A stretch of 60,109 bases of DNA, filler included. It is 6 parts of 6 records of this genome, joined end to end, with 100 filler letters (N's around TTAATTAATTAA, not from the genome) between each part and the next. Parts side by side here need not be neighbours in the genome. Positions count along the whole stretch, not along the records: positions 45,495 to 54,046 come from DRR723986_1311; positions 54,147 to 60,109 come from DRR723986_1324; 4 more parts are not named here. One strand, 5' to 3'. Made by a program: the position numbers and the translations under genes. How positions within the stretch are numbered: the stretch's first letter is position 1; each line of letters begins with the position of its first letter. The notes under the pieces were generated by a model. It worked only from the letters and a program-made list of their open reading frames with translations. It had not been told where the DNA came from and made no database searches. This document shows positions 49,159 to 58,622 of the stretch, piece by piece.

Positions 49159-49893
49159 TTAGCGCACCAATCGCATCCGCAACACGATCTCGCCTGCCTC
49201 ATCAGTGAACGACAGCTCCTCGCCCGCGCGATCAAAGGAAACGATGCCCGCCAGCGTTTTGAGGAACGCGCGCTCCTGCGTGTCCAAATCTGGTGGGCAC
49301 GCCATCAAAGTCCCTGCCATTTCGCTGGGAAAACTGACTTTACCGCCCGCCAGCAACTGTGGCTCGACTTCGACGGCTCCCATGAACCGATTGCAGCCTC
49401 CGGTGGCCCCAAAACGCCCCTCGTCCGCGAACTCGATTTCGGGTAAACGCGGCCCTTTCAGCACCTCGCCCTGCATCTCATAAGCCTGCCATTTCCCGGC
49501 GGATAGATCGTTCAATATGGGAAACACCTCAACATCTACAGTATCCGACGCGCCGCGCGTCAGAACCGGAACAACCGACGTATTGGTAAACAGCAACACG
49601 CCCTCGTTCAGGACCTGCGCTTGGATGGCATAGCTCATACGATCATCAATCAGCGCATCGTCATACTCCAACGCGAATTCGGCTGGCAATGCATCCACTT
49701 TGTAGCGCTTGCTGGATAGAACCTCGGCCGCCACATCTTGGCGCGAGATATCAACCAACCGCACATCCAGCACAGAATGCTCTGGCATCTCTGCAGGCTT
49801 CACGTTGCTAATGGTACCCGACACCGTACCCGCCATGGCGGCCCCGGTTAAACCCGTGCTCATCACCAACGCCGCTAAAATTCCTCTTACCAT
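49159..49893 (-). CDS. Exported YbaY/YscW + META (HslJ) domain protein
   Basis: Signal peptide, VRLVDISRQD, GGCNRF, TLMACP...QERAF. Confidence 0.85.
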   Translation of the reverse strand: MVRGILAALVMSTGLTGAAMAGTVSGTISNVKPAEMPEHSVLDVRLVDISRQDVAAEVLSSKRYKVDALPAEFALEYDDALIDDRMSYAIQAQVLNEGVLLFTNTSVVPVLTRGASDTVDVEVFPILNDLSAGKWQAYEMQGEVLKGPRLPEIEFADEGRFGATGGCNRFMGAVEVEPQLLAGGKVSFPSEMAGTLMACPPDLDTQERAFLKTLAGIVSFDRAGEELSFTDEAGEIVLRMRLVR

Positions 49894-50025
49894 CCGACCA
49901 ATCCACCTAACCAAACATGCTTCGTTTCCAAATAGATCGGAACCCATTTGGCATTTTCAAGTCAAGGAAACTTTGATCAGCAACAGGTCGCTCAGAACAC
50001 ACTGTTTCACAGCGTGCGATATCCC

Positions 50026-51804
50026 CTAAAGCGGCCAAATCAACGGGATCAGAGCCGAGGCCAGCAGGCCAACCGTCAGGTTCAAGGGAATCCCCACCCG
50101 CATGAAATCCGTGAACCGGTATCCGCCCGGGCCATAGACCAACATGTTGGTTTGATAGCCTATCGGGGTCGCAAACGAGGCCGACGCCGCAACCATCACC
50201 GCCACAACCAAGGGGCGCGCGTCAATGCCCATCGCATCGGCCAACCCAATGGCAATCGGCGTCACCACCACAGCCACCGCATTGTTCGACACAAGTTCCG
50301 TCAGAATCGAGGTCAGCAAATAGATCGCCCAGACCACCAAGAACGGCGGCACCATCCCCAGTGACGGCGCAAGCGCATCCACGATCAACCGCACCGCGCC
50401 CGAGCTTTGCAAGGCTGCACCAATGGCCAGCATCGAAAAAATCAACGCAAGCAATCGTCCGTCAATAAAAGAAAACGCCTCATCCGCATCGATGCAGCGC
50501 GTGATCAACACCAAAGCGACCGCAAGAATGGACAACAACAGGATCGGTGCCACCCCAATCGCCGCCAGCACCACAATCGCCACCAATGCGGCAATTGCAA
50601 TCGGTGCATGGCTGCGTCGGTAGGCGCGCGCCGAAGGTTGCGAAATATCGACCAGCTCCGTGTCCGCGGCCAATCGTTGGATATCGCCGGGCGCGCCTTC
50701 TAACAGCAGCGTATCCCCGACCCGAACAATCAGATCATCCAATTGGCGACCGATATTCTGGTTCCGCCGGTGCACCGCCAGAACATACACACCATAGCGT
50801 CGGCGCAAGCGCAGCGCGCCCAAGGACCGCCCCACCATCTTGCACCCCGGAGTGATCAATACCTCAACGGTCGAGGTTTCGACCTCGGACACCTGATCGA
50901 CGGTCTGCACCTCTTTGTTGGTTTGCAGGCCCATCAACTCGGCCATCTTAGTGCGCAAAACCACCCGATCCCCGGCTTTCAATTCCACCGATTTCAGATC
51001 GCGACGCAAAGACAGATCGCCCCGGATCACATCCACCAGCCGCACGCCCTGCCGTTTGAACAACGCCACAGTCGTTGCCATGTCCCCAATCAGGTTGCTG
51101 TCACTGGGAATAACCACCTCGGTAAAGAACTTTTTGCGTGACCCGTCCCCCAACAGGCTGGCCATGCTATCGCGTTCCGGCAACAGGCGCGGCGCGACAA
51201 AACGCAAATACACCATGCCGTAAATCACGATCACGATACCCAATGGGGTGACTTCGAAAATTGAAAACGCAGCCATCCCCTGCGCCCGGGCAACCCCATC
51301 TACCAACAGGTTTGTTGATGTCCCAATCAAGGTCATCGTACCGCCCATGATAGCGGCATAACTGAGCGGTATCAAAAGCTTAGAGGCCGACATTCCCAAG
51401 GTGCGCGCGATCTGCACAAACACCGGGATCATCACCACCACAACCGGAGTATTGGACACAAAGGCCGACGCAATGACCACAAAGGCCATCAGCAACCCAA
51501 TCGCAATGCGCGGGTTCACTTGCGCCTGTTTCTGCGCCACCGAGGTAAACGCATCCAAGGCCCCGGTCCGGACCAATGCCCCCATGATGATGAACATCGC
51601 CGCAATCGTCCACGGCGCAGGGTTGGCCAGAACTGGCAAGGCCAACTCATAGGGCAGCACACCGGTGATCAACATCACCGACACACCCGCAATCGCAACC
51701 ACTTCGGTCGGAAACGTCTCTCGCAGGAACAGCACAAACATGCCACCCACGATCAACAGCGCAACAATCGCACCGGCTGTTTCAGAAAGCTCAAATAGCT
51801 GCAT
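50026..51804 (-). CDS. SLC13 family permease with TrkA-C domains
   Basis: SNTPVV, GTSTNL, two TrkA-C repeats, TPIGYQTN. Confidence 0.92.
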   Translation of the reverse strand: MQLFELSETAGAIVALLIVGGMFVLFLRETFPTEVVAIAGVSVMLITGVLPYELALPVLANPAPWTIAAMFIIMGALVRTGALDAFTSVAQKQAQVNPRIAIGLLMAFVVIASAFVSNTPVVVVMIPVFVQIARTLGMSASKLLIPLSYAAIMGGTMTLIGTSTNLLVDGVARAQGMAAFSIFEVTPLGIVIVIYGMVYLRFVAPRLLPERDSMASLLGDGSRKKFFTEVVIPSDSNLIGDMATTVALFKRQGVRLVDVIRGDLSLRRDLKSVELKAGDRVVLRTKMAELMGLQTNKEVQTVDQVSEVETSTVEVLITPGCKMVGRSLGALRLRRRYGVYVLAVHRRNQNIGRQLDDLIVRVGDTLLLEGAPGDIQRLAADTELVDISQPSARAYRRSHAPIAIAALVAIVVLAAIGVAPILLLSILAVALVLITRCIDADEAFSFIDGRLLALIFSMLAIGAALQSSGAVRLIVDALAPSLGMVPPFLVVWAIYLLTSILTELVSNNAVAVVVTPIAIGLADAMGIDARPLVVAVMVAASASFATPIGYQTNMLVYGPGGYRFTDFMRVGIPLNLTVGLLASALIPLIWPL

Positions 51805-51879
51805 TCAGATCCATATTGCCCCTATTAGGAATATCAGGAGCTATAGCTTTGCTGATCTGCCCCGGTTGAACAAGTCAGA

Positions 51880-52692
51880 TCAGGGTGCGGCCTGTTGTAA
51901 TCGCCCGCCAACCCGCACCATGCTGATTTTTTTGGCTTCGCCTGTCCGATCATCCGTATCCACAAAAACCCCTGACAGGGTCGCCTCGCCCGTTGCGGGC
52001 GTAAACCGGGATTTGGGCATACCGGTGATAAAGCGCCGCATTGGCTCGCTTTTCTCCATCCCAATGACCGAATTGTAATCCCCACACATGCCTGCATCGC
52101 TCAGATAGCCCGTGCCGCCGGGCAACACCATCGCATCCGCCGTTGGAACGTGGGTGTGCGTGCCAACCACTAGACTGGCGCGGCCATCGCAATAATGCCC
52201 CATCGCCATCTTTTCCGAGGTCGCCTCACAATGCATATCAACGATGATCGCCTGCGCCAGCCCGCCACGCGGGTGGGATTTCAGGATCGGTTCAATTGCC
52301 GAAAACGGATCATCAAACGCGCGTTTCATGAACACCTGCCCCAGCACCTGAAGCACCAGAACCTTGCGTCCACAGGGGGCCTTGAACAAGCGAAACCCCT
52401 TGCCCGGTGCGTTTTTGGCAAAATTCACCGGCCGGATGATGCGCTGTTCTTTTTCGATGAACTGCAACATGTCTTTTTGATCAAACGCATGGTCGCCCAG
52501 CGTCAGGCAATCGGCCCCCGCATCCAGCAAGGTTTTGGCATGTTCGCCCGATAACCCCATACCGTTGCTGGCATTTTCGCCGTTCACCACAACAAAATCC
52601 AACCGCCAGTCTTTGCGCAGACGCGGCAGGTGCTCGCTTATGGCAGCGCGTCCCGCACGCCCCATAACATCGCCTAGAAACAAGATCCTCAT
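51880..52692 (-). CDS. YmdB-family metallophosphoesterase
   Basis: FLGDVMG, NGEN, GDHAFD, DMHCEATSEK, GTHTH. Confidence 0.93.
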   Translation of the reverse strand: MRILFLGDVMGRAGRAAISEHLPRLRKDWRLDFVVVNGENASNGMGLSGEHAKTLLDAGADCLTLGDHAFDQKDMLQFIEKEQRIIRPVNFAKNAPGKGFRLFKAPCGRKVLVLQVLGQVFMKRAFDDPFSAIEPILKSHPRGGLAQAIIVDMHCEATSEKMAMGHYCDGRASLVVGTHTHVPTADAMVLPGGTGYLSDAGMCGDYNSVIGMEKSEPMRRFITGMPKSRFTPATGEATLSGVFVDTDDRTGEAKKISMVRVGGRLQQAAP

Positions 52693-52809
52693 GCCGATGG
52701 TCCTATGCGGGGGACCACCATGTCACAAGCCTTAATCGCTCTATGGCTTAAAAACCGCACCCAAGTGTTGCCCTGCCCAGCCCCGCAACCCAATGCGCGC
52801 AGAGCTAGA

Positions 52810-53367
52810 TCAGAACGTCAACACCCGGCTTTCGGTCACCAACATGTCCAACGGTTGGTCCGTCGGTTCCAACGGCAGGCTCTCTGTCTCTTGCGCGTCA
52901 AAGGCGAACCCAATCGCCAATGTGGCGCGTTTCGCCCGCAACCCTTCTAGCGTGCGATCATAAAACCCGCCGCCATAGCCAAGCCGCCCGCCCGTCCGAT
53001 CAAAGGCCACCATCGGCACGATCAGAATTTCTGGTTCAAAGAAATCAGCAACCTCAGGAACCTTGGCCCCAAACGGCCCGTCTTTCAGAATGCCCTCAGG
53101 GGTCCAGGTCGAAAACTTCAACGGCTGACCTGCGGCCTGAATGACCGGAACACCAACGGGGCCATAGGCGGACGCCTCGGCCATCGCCGCAATCGGATCA
53201 ATCTCGGTCCGGATCGGCATATACCCCGACAAGGGAACGCCCCGATGCCCCGCAAGGATTTCAGACAACCGCCCCGCCATGCCCGGCAGTCGCGCATCAA
53301 ACGCAGCCTTGCGTCGCGCAAACCCATCCTTGCGCGCCTGCGCTTTGATGTCCGTAAGATCGGTCAT
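52810..53367 (-). CDS. 5-formyltetrahydrofolate cyclo-ligase
   Basis: VPMVAFDRTGGRLGYGGGFYDR. Confidence 0.94.
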   Translation of the reverse strand: MTDLTDIKAQARKDGFARRKAAFDARLPGMAGRLSEILAGHRGVPLSGYMPIRTEIDPIAAMAEASAYGPVGVPVIQAAGQPLKFSTWTPEGILKDGPFGAKVPEVADFFEPEILIVPMVAFDRTGGRLGYGGGFYDRTLEGLRAKRATLAIGFAFDAQETESLPLEPTDQPLDMLVTESRVLTF

Positions 53368-53376
53368 GTCGTGCTC

Positions 53377-54046
53377 CTAGATCAACACAGCGGCCGCAAG
53401 GCCGAGAAAGGCAAAGAATCCAACTACATCCGTCACCGTGGTCACAAATGTGCCCGAGGCCAACGCCGGATCAACGCCCACCTTCTCCAAAATCACAGGA
53501 ATGCCTGTCCCTGCGAGCGCGGCAACGACCAAATTGACCACCATTGCGGCGGCGATCACAAGCCCCAAGATCGGCAGTCCAAACCAAGCCCATCCAATCA
53601 CACCCATCACAATGGCAAAGATGATCCCATTGGCGACCCCCACCATCACTTCGCGTCGCAGAACCCGCCACAGGTTTGACCCGGTCAAATCGCGCGTGGC
53701 CAAGGCCCGCACCGCCACTGTCAAACTTTGCGTACCGGCATTGCCCCCCATCGATGCCACGATCGGCATCAACACCGCCAGCGCCACGAAATTCGAAATC
53801 GTCTTGTCGAAAATCGAAATCACCAACGATGCCAGAATGGCAGTCGCCAGATTGACTGCCAACCACGGCAGACGTTGTTTGGCCGTCTCAACCACCGAAT
53901 CCGACAGGTTGCTTTCGCCAACCCCCGCCAGACGCAGGATGTCTTCTTCGTGTTCGTCATCTAGAACAGCCATCGCGTCATCAATGGTGATGGCACCGAC
54001 CAAACGCCCTTCATCATCCACCACCGGGGCCGAGATCAGGTGATAC
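53377..54046 (-). CDS. mgtE: Magnesium transporter MgtE (5' truncated)
   Basis: GRLVGAITIDD, RLPWL, MGGNAGTQ, DPALAS...TDVVG. Confidence 0.95.
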
Positions 54047-54146
54047 NNNNNNNNNNNNNNNNNNNNNNNNNNNNNNNNNNNNNNNNNNNNTTAATTAATT
54101 AANNNNNNNNNNNNNNNNNNNNNNNNNNNNNNNNNNNNNNNNNNNN
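54047..54146. other. Artificial contig spacer
   Basis: N44-TTAATTAATTAA-N44. Confidence 0.98.
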
Positions 54147-54681
54147 CGTGCCGGTGGTGGCGATCTCGAACGACGATACCGGCATTTCCGAAGACCCCAA
54201 TGTGCGCTTCGAAGTTGCCAAGAAGATCGTGGAACGTGCCGCCGATTTCGGGATCCCCGCGCATGACATCGTGGTTGACCCGCTGGTGATGCCCGTCGGC
54301 GCGATGGCAACCGCTGGTCAGCAGGTCTTTGCCCTCGTGCGTCGCCTGCGCGAGGAGCTGGGGGTGAACACCACCTGTGGCGCGTCAAACATCAGCTTCG
54401 GCCTGCCCAACCGCCACGGCATCAACGCAGCCTTCCTGCCCATGGCCATCGGCGCGGGCATGACCAGTGCGATCATGAACCCGGTGCGCCCGGTGGAGAT
54501 GGAGGCGATCAACGCTGCCAACTTCCTGATGAACCACGATCCCAACGGCGGCAAGTGGATCAACTTTGCCAAGGTGCTGGAAGCGACCCAGGCCGGAACC
54601 CCCTTCGCCGAGGCCGCAGCAGCAGCCATGGCCGCAGGTGGCGGCCGGGGTGGGCGTCGTGGTGGGCGTCGCCGCGCTTAA
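54147..54681 (+). CDS. Methyltetrahydrofolate:corrinoid methyltransferase (pterin-binding module of split MetH), 5' truncated
   Basis: VVDPLVMP, NTTCGASNISFGLPNR, GMTSAIMNP. Confidence 0.9.
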
Positions 54682-54693
54682 TCCGTCGTTAAC
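54678..54693. promoter_or_regulatory. Perfect CtrA box
   Basis: TTAA-tccgtcg-TTAAC, 23 nt upstream of the next ATG. Confidence 0.7.
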
Positions 54694-54716
54694 CTGAAAT
54701 GGGCGAAGGTAGCTGC

Positions 54717-54947
54717 ATGAGCTATCTTCGCCCCATTCAGATTGATCGCCACTGGCTCAATCAAATCTTCACCGCCCAAGCTGTTGCAAAGGGCGGCGTC
54801 GTGCGCCGCAAAATCACCGATGTTGACGCAAAGGTGGGACGGCAGACACTGGAGCTCGAAGTCAGACGTCGCGGGTTTCACCTGATCGAGGCTGGCACTC
54901 AGTTCATCATTGTATGCGATACGGGCCATATCCGATTGATCTGCTGA
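54717..54947 (+). CDS. Small conserved Rhodobacteraceae protein of unknown function
   Basis: 76 aa, WLNQIFTAQAVAKGGVVRR...EVRRRGFHLIE...QFIIVC; I recall this family being auto-labelled phosphoribosylanthranilate isomerase, but it is far too short for TrpF. Confidence 0.75.
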   Translation: MSYLRPIQIDRHWLNQIFTAQAVAKGGVVRRKITDVDAKVGRQTLELEVRRRGFHLIEAGTQFIIVCDTGHIRLIC

Positions 54948-55044
54948 CAAAAATCTTGATCCAAGATTTTTGTGGTCGCGCCTCAAGGATTTTGGTCCAA
55001 AATCCTTCCCTGTCAGGTGGAAGATTTTTGTGACAAAAATCTTC
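54947..55044. repeat. Array of three related AT-rich palindromes (REP-like)
   Basis: acaaaaatcttg-atc-caagatttttgt (54947-54973), aaggattttgg-t-ccaaaatcctt (54985-55007), gaagatttttgt-g-acaaaaatcttc (55020-55044). Confidence 0.85.
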
Positions 55045-55100
55045 ATTCCGGTCGGGAAAGCGACTAACTACGGCATCTGACGCAGAACAAGGCCCGGTCC

Positions 55101-55808
55101 ATGCCGCCTCCTCCTCAGATAGACTCGGCGGCGCCGTCATGGCGAGAATCTCTGCCGCGACTTGCAATCAAGCTGGTTGTCCTGGTCACAATCGTGATCC
55201 TGTCGCACTATGTCATCGACTATGCCCTGACATGGGCTGAAAGCCTGCCAGCAAGGGCAGAGGCCCGCGCCGAGCGTTTGATTCTCCTCGCGATTTTCGT
55301 GACTTACGCATTGCTGATTGCCTTGCCTTTCGTACCCGGAATCGAGATCGCGATCGCGCTTCTGGTTCTGCGGGGCCCCGAATTCGCCGTCCCAATCTAT
55401 CTGGCCACGATGGGTGGCCTGTCGCTTGCCTTTCTCGCCGGGCACCTGGTTCCAATCCGGTCGCTGCGACGCCTGTTTCTTGACCTGCATCTGGTCAAGG
55501 CCGCTGCCTTGGTCGACCGGCTGGCCCCGCTCGGACCCGGCCAACGGGTGCGCGAGCTTCAGCGCTCCCTGCCCCGCAAACACGCGCGCTTTGCCATACG
55601 CTATCGCTATGTCGGACTTGCGCTTCTGATCAATATGCCGGGATCCGGGCTTATCGGCGGCGGCGGCGGGATCTGCCTGATGGCCGGTATGAGCGGCGTT
55701 TTCACACCGCGCATCACGCTGCCCACACTTGCTGTGGCAATCCTGCCGTTCCCCCTTTTCATGTGGTTCGCAGGAACCAGCGGCCTTATGCCCTGGCTGC
55801 CTGCATAG
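55101..55808 (+). CDS. Hypothetical integral membrane protein (possibly DedA/VTT-like)
   Basis: Several TM helices, LPFVPG and NMPG...GGGGG motifs. Confidence 0.7.
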   Translation: MPPPPQIDSAAPSWRESLPRLAIKLVVLVTIVILSHYVIDYALTWAESLPARAEARAERLILLAIFVTYALLIALPFVPGIEIAIALLVLRGPEFAVPIYLATMGGLSLAFLAGHLVPIRSLRRLFLDLHLVKAAALVDRLAPLGPGQRVRELQRSLPRKHARFAIRYRYVGLALLINMPGSGLIGGGGGICLMAGMSGVFTPRITLPTLAVAILPFPLFMWFAGTSGLMPWLPA

Positions 55809-55912
55809 GTCGTTTTTGTGCCCCATGCCGCAACCCGGCCGGAAATTGACGTTTCGCTCCTTTCGCTTGCCCACCAACGCGTTAAAACGATCCGCAAAGG
55901 AAAGGCGCGCGC

Positions 55913-57958
55913 ATGTCTGATACTCCTCTCGTGATCTTTACCCCCTCGGGCAAGCGGGGCCGGTTCCCGGTTGGGACCCCCGTTCTTACCGCTGCCCGCA
56001 AGCTTGGCGTGGACCTTGATTCCGTCTGTGGCGGGCGGGGAATCTGCTCCAAGTGCCAGATATCGCCCTCTTACGGCGACTTTCCCAAACATGGCGTCAC
56101 CGTCAGCGAAGATGCCTTGTCAGAGTGGAACGCGGTCGAGGCGCGCTATGATCGGGTTCGCGGCCTCAAGAAGGGCCGCAGACTTGGCTGTCAGGCCACG
56201 GTGCAGGGCGATATCGTCATCGACGTGCCCGCCGAAAGCCAGGTCCACCGTCAGGTTGTGCGCAAGGCGGCCTCTGATCGCGCCATTGTCATGGATCCGG
56301 CCACGCGGCTGGTCTTTGTCGAGGTGGAAGAACCTGACATGCACGAACCCTCGGGCGATTTCGAGCGGTTGCGCAGCGCCCTGAAAAACCAATGGCAGAT
56401 CGAGAATGTCAGCGCTGGCCTGTCCCTGATGCGCAAGCTGCAACCGGTTTTGCGGAAAGGAAAATGGCAGGTCACCGTGGCGCTGCATCAGGCGCAGGGC
56501 ACGACCGGCTTTCGTATCCTCGACATCTGGCCCGGTCTGCACGAAGGCGGCATTTACGGCCTTGCCATCGACCTTGGGTCCACCACCATCGCGGCGCATC
56601 TTTGTGATCTGTCCGACGGGCGCGTGCTGGCCTCATCCGGTCTGATGAACCCGCAAATCCGGTTTGGCGAAGACCTGATGAGCCGTGTCAGCTATGCGAT
56701 GATGAACCCCGGTGGCGATATCGAAATGACCAATGCAGTGCGCGAGGCGATCAATGCGCTGGCCGGTGAAATTGCGGCAGAGGGCGGGATCGATCCGCGT
56801 CTGATCGTGGAAACCGTCTTCGTCTGCAACCCGGTCATGCACCATCTTTTGCTTGGCATCGACCCGGTGGAACTGGGCCAGGCCCCCTTTGCGCTGGCCA
56901 CCTCGTCGTCACTTTCCCTGCCAGCGAAAGAGCTTGACCTGACAGCGCTGAATGCCGAGGCGCAGGTCTACGTTCTGCCTTGTATCGCGGGGCATGTGGG
57001 GGCCGATGCCGCCGCCGTGGCGTTGTCGGAGGAACCCAATAAGTCCGAAGACCTCGTTCTGGTCGTCGATGTGGGCACCAATGCCGAGATTCTGTTGGGC
57101 AACAAGGACAAGGTGCTGGCCTGTTCCTCGCCCACAGGCCCCGCGTTTGAGGGCGCGCAGATCAGTTCCGGCCAGCGCGCCGCCCCCGGTGCGATCGAAC
57201 GGTTGGAGATTGACCCGGTCACCAAGGAACCCCGCTTCCGCATCATCGGCAGCGATCTGTGGTCCGACGACCCCGGCTTTGCAGAGGCGACGGCAGTCAC
57301 CGGCGTCACCGGCATTTGCGGGTCCGGCATCATCGAGGCTGTTGCGGAAATGCGCCTTGCGGGGATTCTGGATGCTTCGGGCCTGATTGGCTCGGCGGAA
57401 CAGGTTGGCACCCCTCGCTGCGAGGCCGAAGGGCGCACTCATGTCTACCTGATCCATGATGGCAGTGCCGATGGCGGCCCGCGCATTACCGTCACGCAGG
57501 GCGATATCCGTGCAATCCAACTGGCGAAATCGGCACTTTATGCGGGTGCCAAGCTGTTGATGGATGAAATGGGCGTGGACACGGTTGACCGGGTCACGCT
57601 GGCGGGTGCGTTCGGCGCCCATATCAGCCCGAAACACGCGATGGTTCTGGGCATGATCCCCGATGCGCCGCTGGAAAAGGTGACAAGCGCCGGCAATGCC
57701 GCCGGTCATGGCGCGCGGATTGCGCTGTGTTCACGCGAGGCACGCGCCCGGATCGAAACGGTCGTGCGGCAGATCCACAAGATCGAAACTGCGGTGGAAC
57801 CCAAGTTCCAGGAGCATTTCGTGAACGCCTCGGCCATCCCGAACGCGGTAGAGCCGTTTCCGATCCTCAATAGCATTGTCACCCTGCCAAAGGTCCATTT
57901 CGGTGCAGCGGGTGGGGATGGGTCCGATGGCGGACGGCGCAGGCGACGCCGGGGCTGA
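55913..57958 (+). CDS. ASKHA-domain reductive activator of corrinoid proteins (RACo/RamA-like) with N-terminal 2Fe-2S domain
   Basis: SVCGGRGICSKC...RLGCQ, IDLGST, DVGTNAE, GICGSG, AGAFG. Confidence 0.9.
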   Translation: MSDTPLVIFTPSGKRGRFPVGTPVLTAARKLGVDLDSVCGGRGICSKCQISPSYGDFPKHGVTVSEDALSEWNAVEARYDRVRGLKKGRRLGCQATVQGDIVIDVPAESQVHRQVVRKAASDRAIVMDPATRLVFVEVEEPDMHEPSGDFERLRSALKNQWQIENVSAGLSLMRKLQPVLRKGKWQVTVALHQAQGTTGFRILDIWPGLHEGGIYGLAIDLGSTTIAAHLCDLSDGRVLASSGLMNPQIRFGEDLMSRVSYAMMNPGGDIEMTNAVREAINALAGEIAAEGGIDPRLIVETVFVCNPVMHHLLLGIDPVELGQAPFALATSSSLSLPAKELDLTALNAEAQVYVLPCIAGHVGADAAAVALSEEPNKSEDLVLVVDVGTNAEILLGNKDKVLACSSPTGPAFEGAQISSGQRAAPGAIERLEIDPVTKEPRFRIIGSDLWSDDPGFAEATAVTGVTGICGSGIIEAVAEMRLAGILDASGLIGSAEQVGTPRCEAEGRTHVYLIHDGSADGGPRITVTQGDIRAIQLAKSALYAGAKLLMDEMGVDTVDRVTLAGAFGAHISPKHAMVLGMIPDAPLEKVTSAGNAAGHGARIALCSREARARIETVVRQIHKIETAVEPKFQEHFVNASAIPNAVEPFPILNSIVTLPKVHFGAAGGDGSDGGRRRRRRG

Positions 57959-57999
57959 TCCCTGCTAGCATGGGCGGGCATCCAGACCGGAGACCGCCC

Positions 58000-58551
58000 A
58001 TGCCGCTTTTCCCCAGCCTTCCCAGCCCGGCCCGCCTGTCCGATCTGCTGTCCCGCCATCCGGCCCATGCGGGGCCGCTCTTGATGCATGTCGAAGGCGT
58101 GATGCATGCGGGCGCACCGCTGACAGCAGCACAATGCGAGCTGATCGCGGCCTATGTGTCGGGCCTCAATGCCTGCGCCTTCTGCCACGGATCGCACCGG
58201 ATCTATGCCGAGGCGCTTGGCATCGAACCGGGCCTCATAGACGCGCTGCTGGACGACCCCGACACCGCGGCCATAGCCCCGAAGATGCGGCCCCTGCTGG
58301 CCTATGTGGCCAAGCTGAACAGCCTGCCAAGCCGCCTGACCCCCGCAGATGTGGCGGCTGTAACGGATGCCGGCTGGTCCGAAGCGGCGCTCTATCATGC
58401 GGTGCAGGTCTGTGCGGTGTTCAACCTCTTTAACCGGCTGGTCGAAGGCGCTGGCGTCGATTTTGCCTACGGATCGGACGCCGACCTGACCCCGGCCGAC
58501 CGCAGCGCCGACTACGCGGGCTTTGCCAAACGGCTTGGGGTTCTGGACTAG
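58000..58551 (+). CDS. Carboxymuconolactone decarboxylase/AhpD family protein
   Basis: ELIAAYVSGLNACAFCHGSH (CxxC), FNLFNRLVEG. Confidence 0.88.
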   Translation: MPLFPSLPSPARLSDLLSRHPAHAGPLLMHVEGVMHAGAPLTAAQCELIAAYVSGLNACAFCHGSHRIYAEALGIEPGLIDALLDDPDTAAIAPKMRPLLAYVAKLNSLPSRLTPADVAAVTDAGWSEAALYHAVQVCAVFNLFNRLVEGAGVDFAYGSDADLTPADRSADYAGFAKRLGVLD

Positions 58552-58622
58552 GGTTATCACGACTTGCAAATGTCCGGGGCCGCGTCAGACTGGGCCGCGT
58601 TCCAGTTACGAGGTCAAGGCCC

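Noticed and set aside
45495-54046. Segment 5 as a specialised pathway (two SLC13 permeases, bile-acid symporter, KsdD-like enzyme)
   Set aside because: It is an ordinary mix of broad families, and nothing in the sequence supports steroid-specific function.
54947-55044. CRISPR array
   Set aside because: Only three non-identical palindromes with 11-12-nt gaps, and no cas genes.
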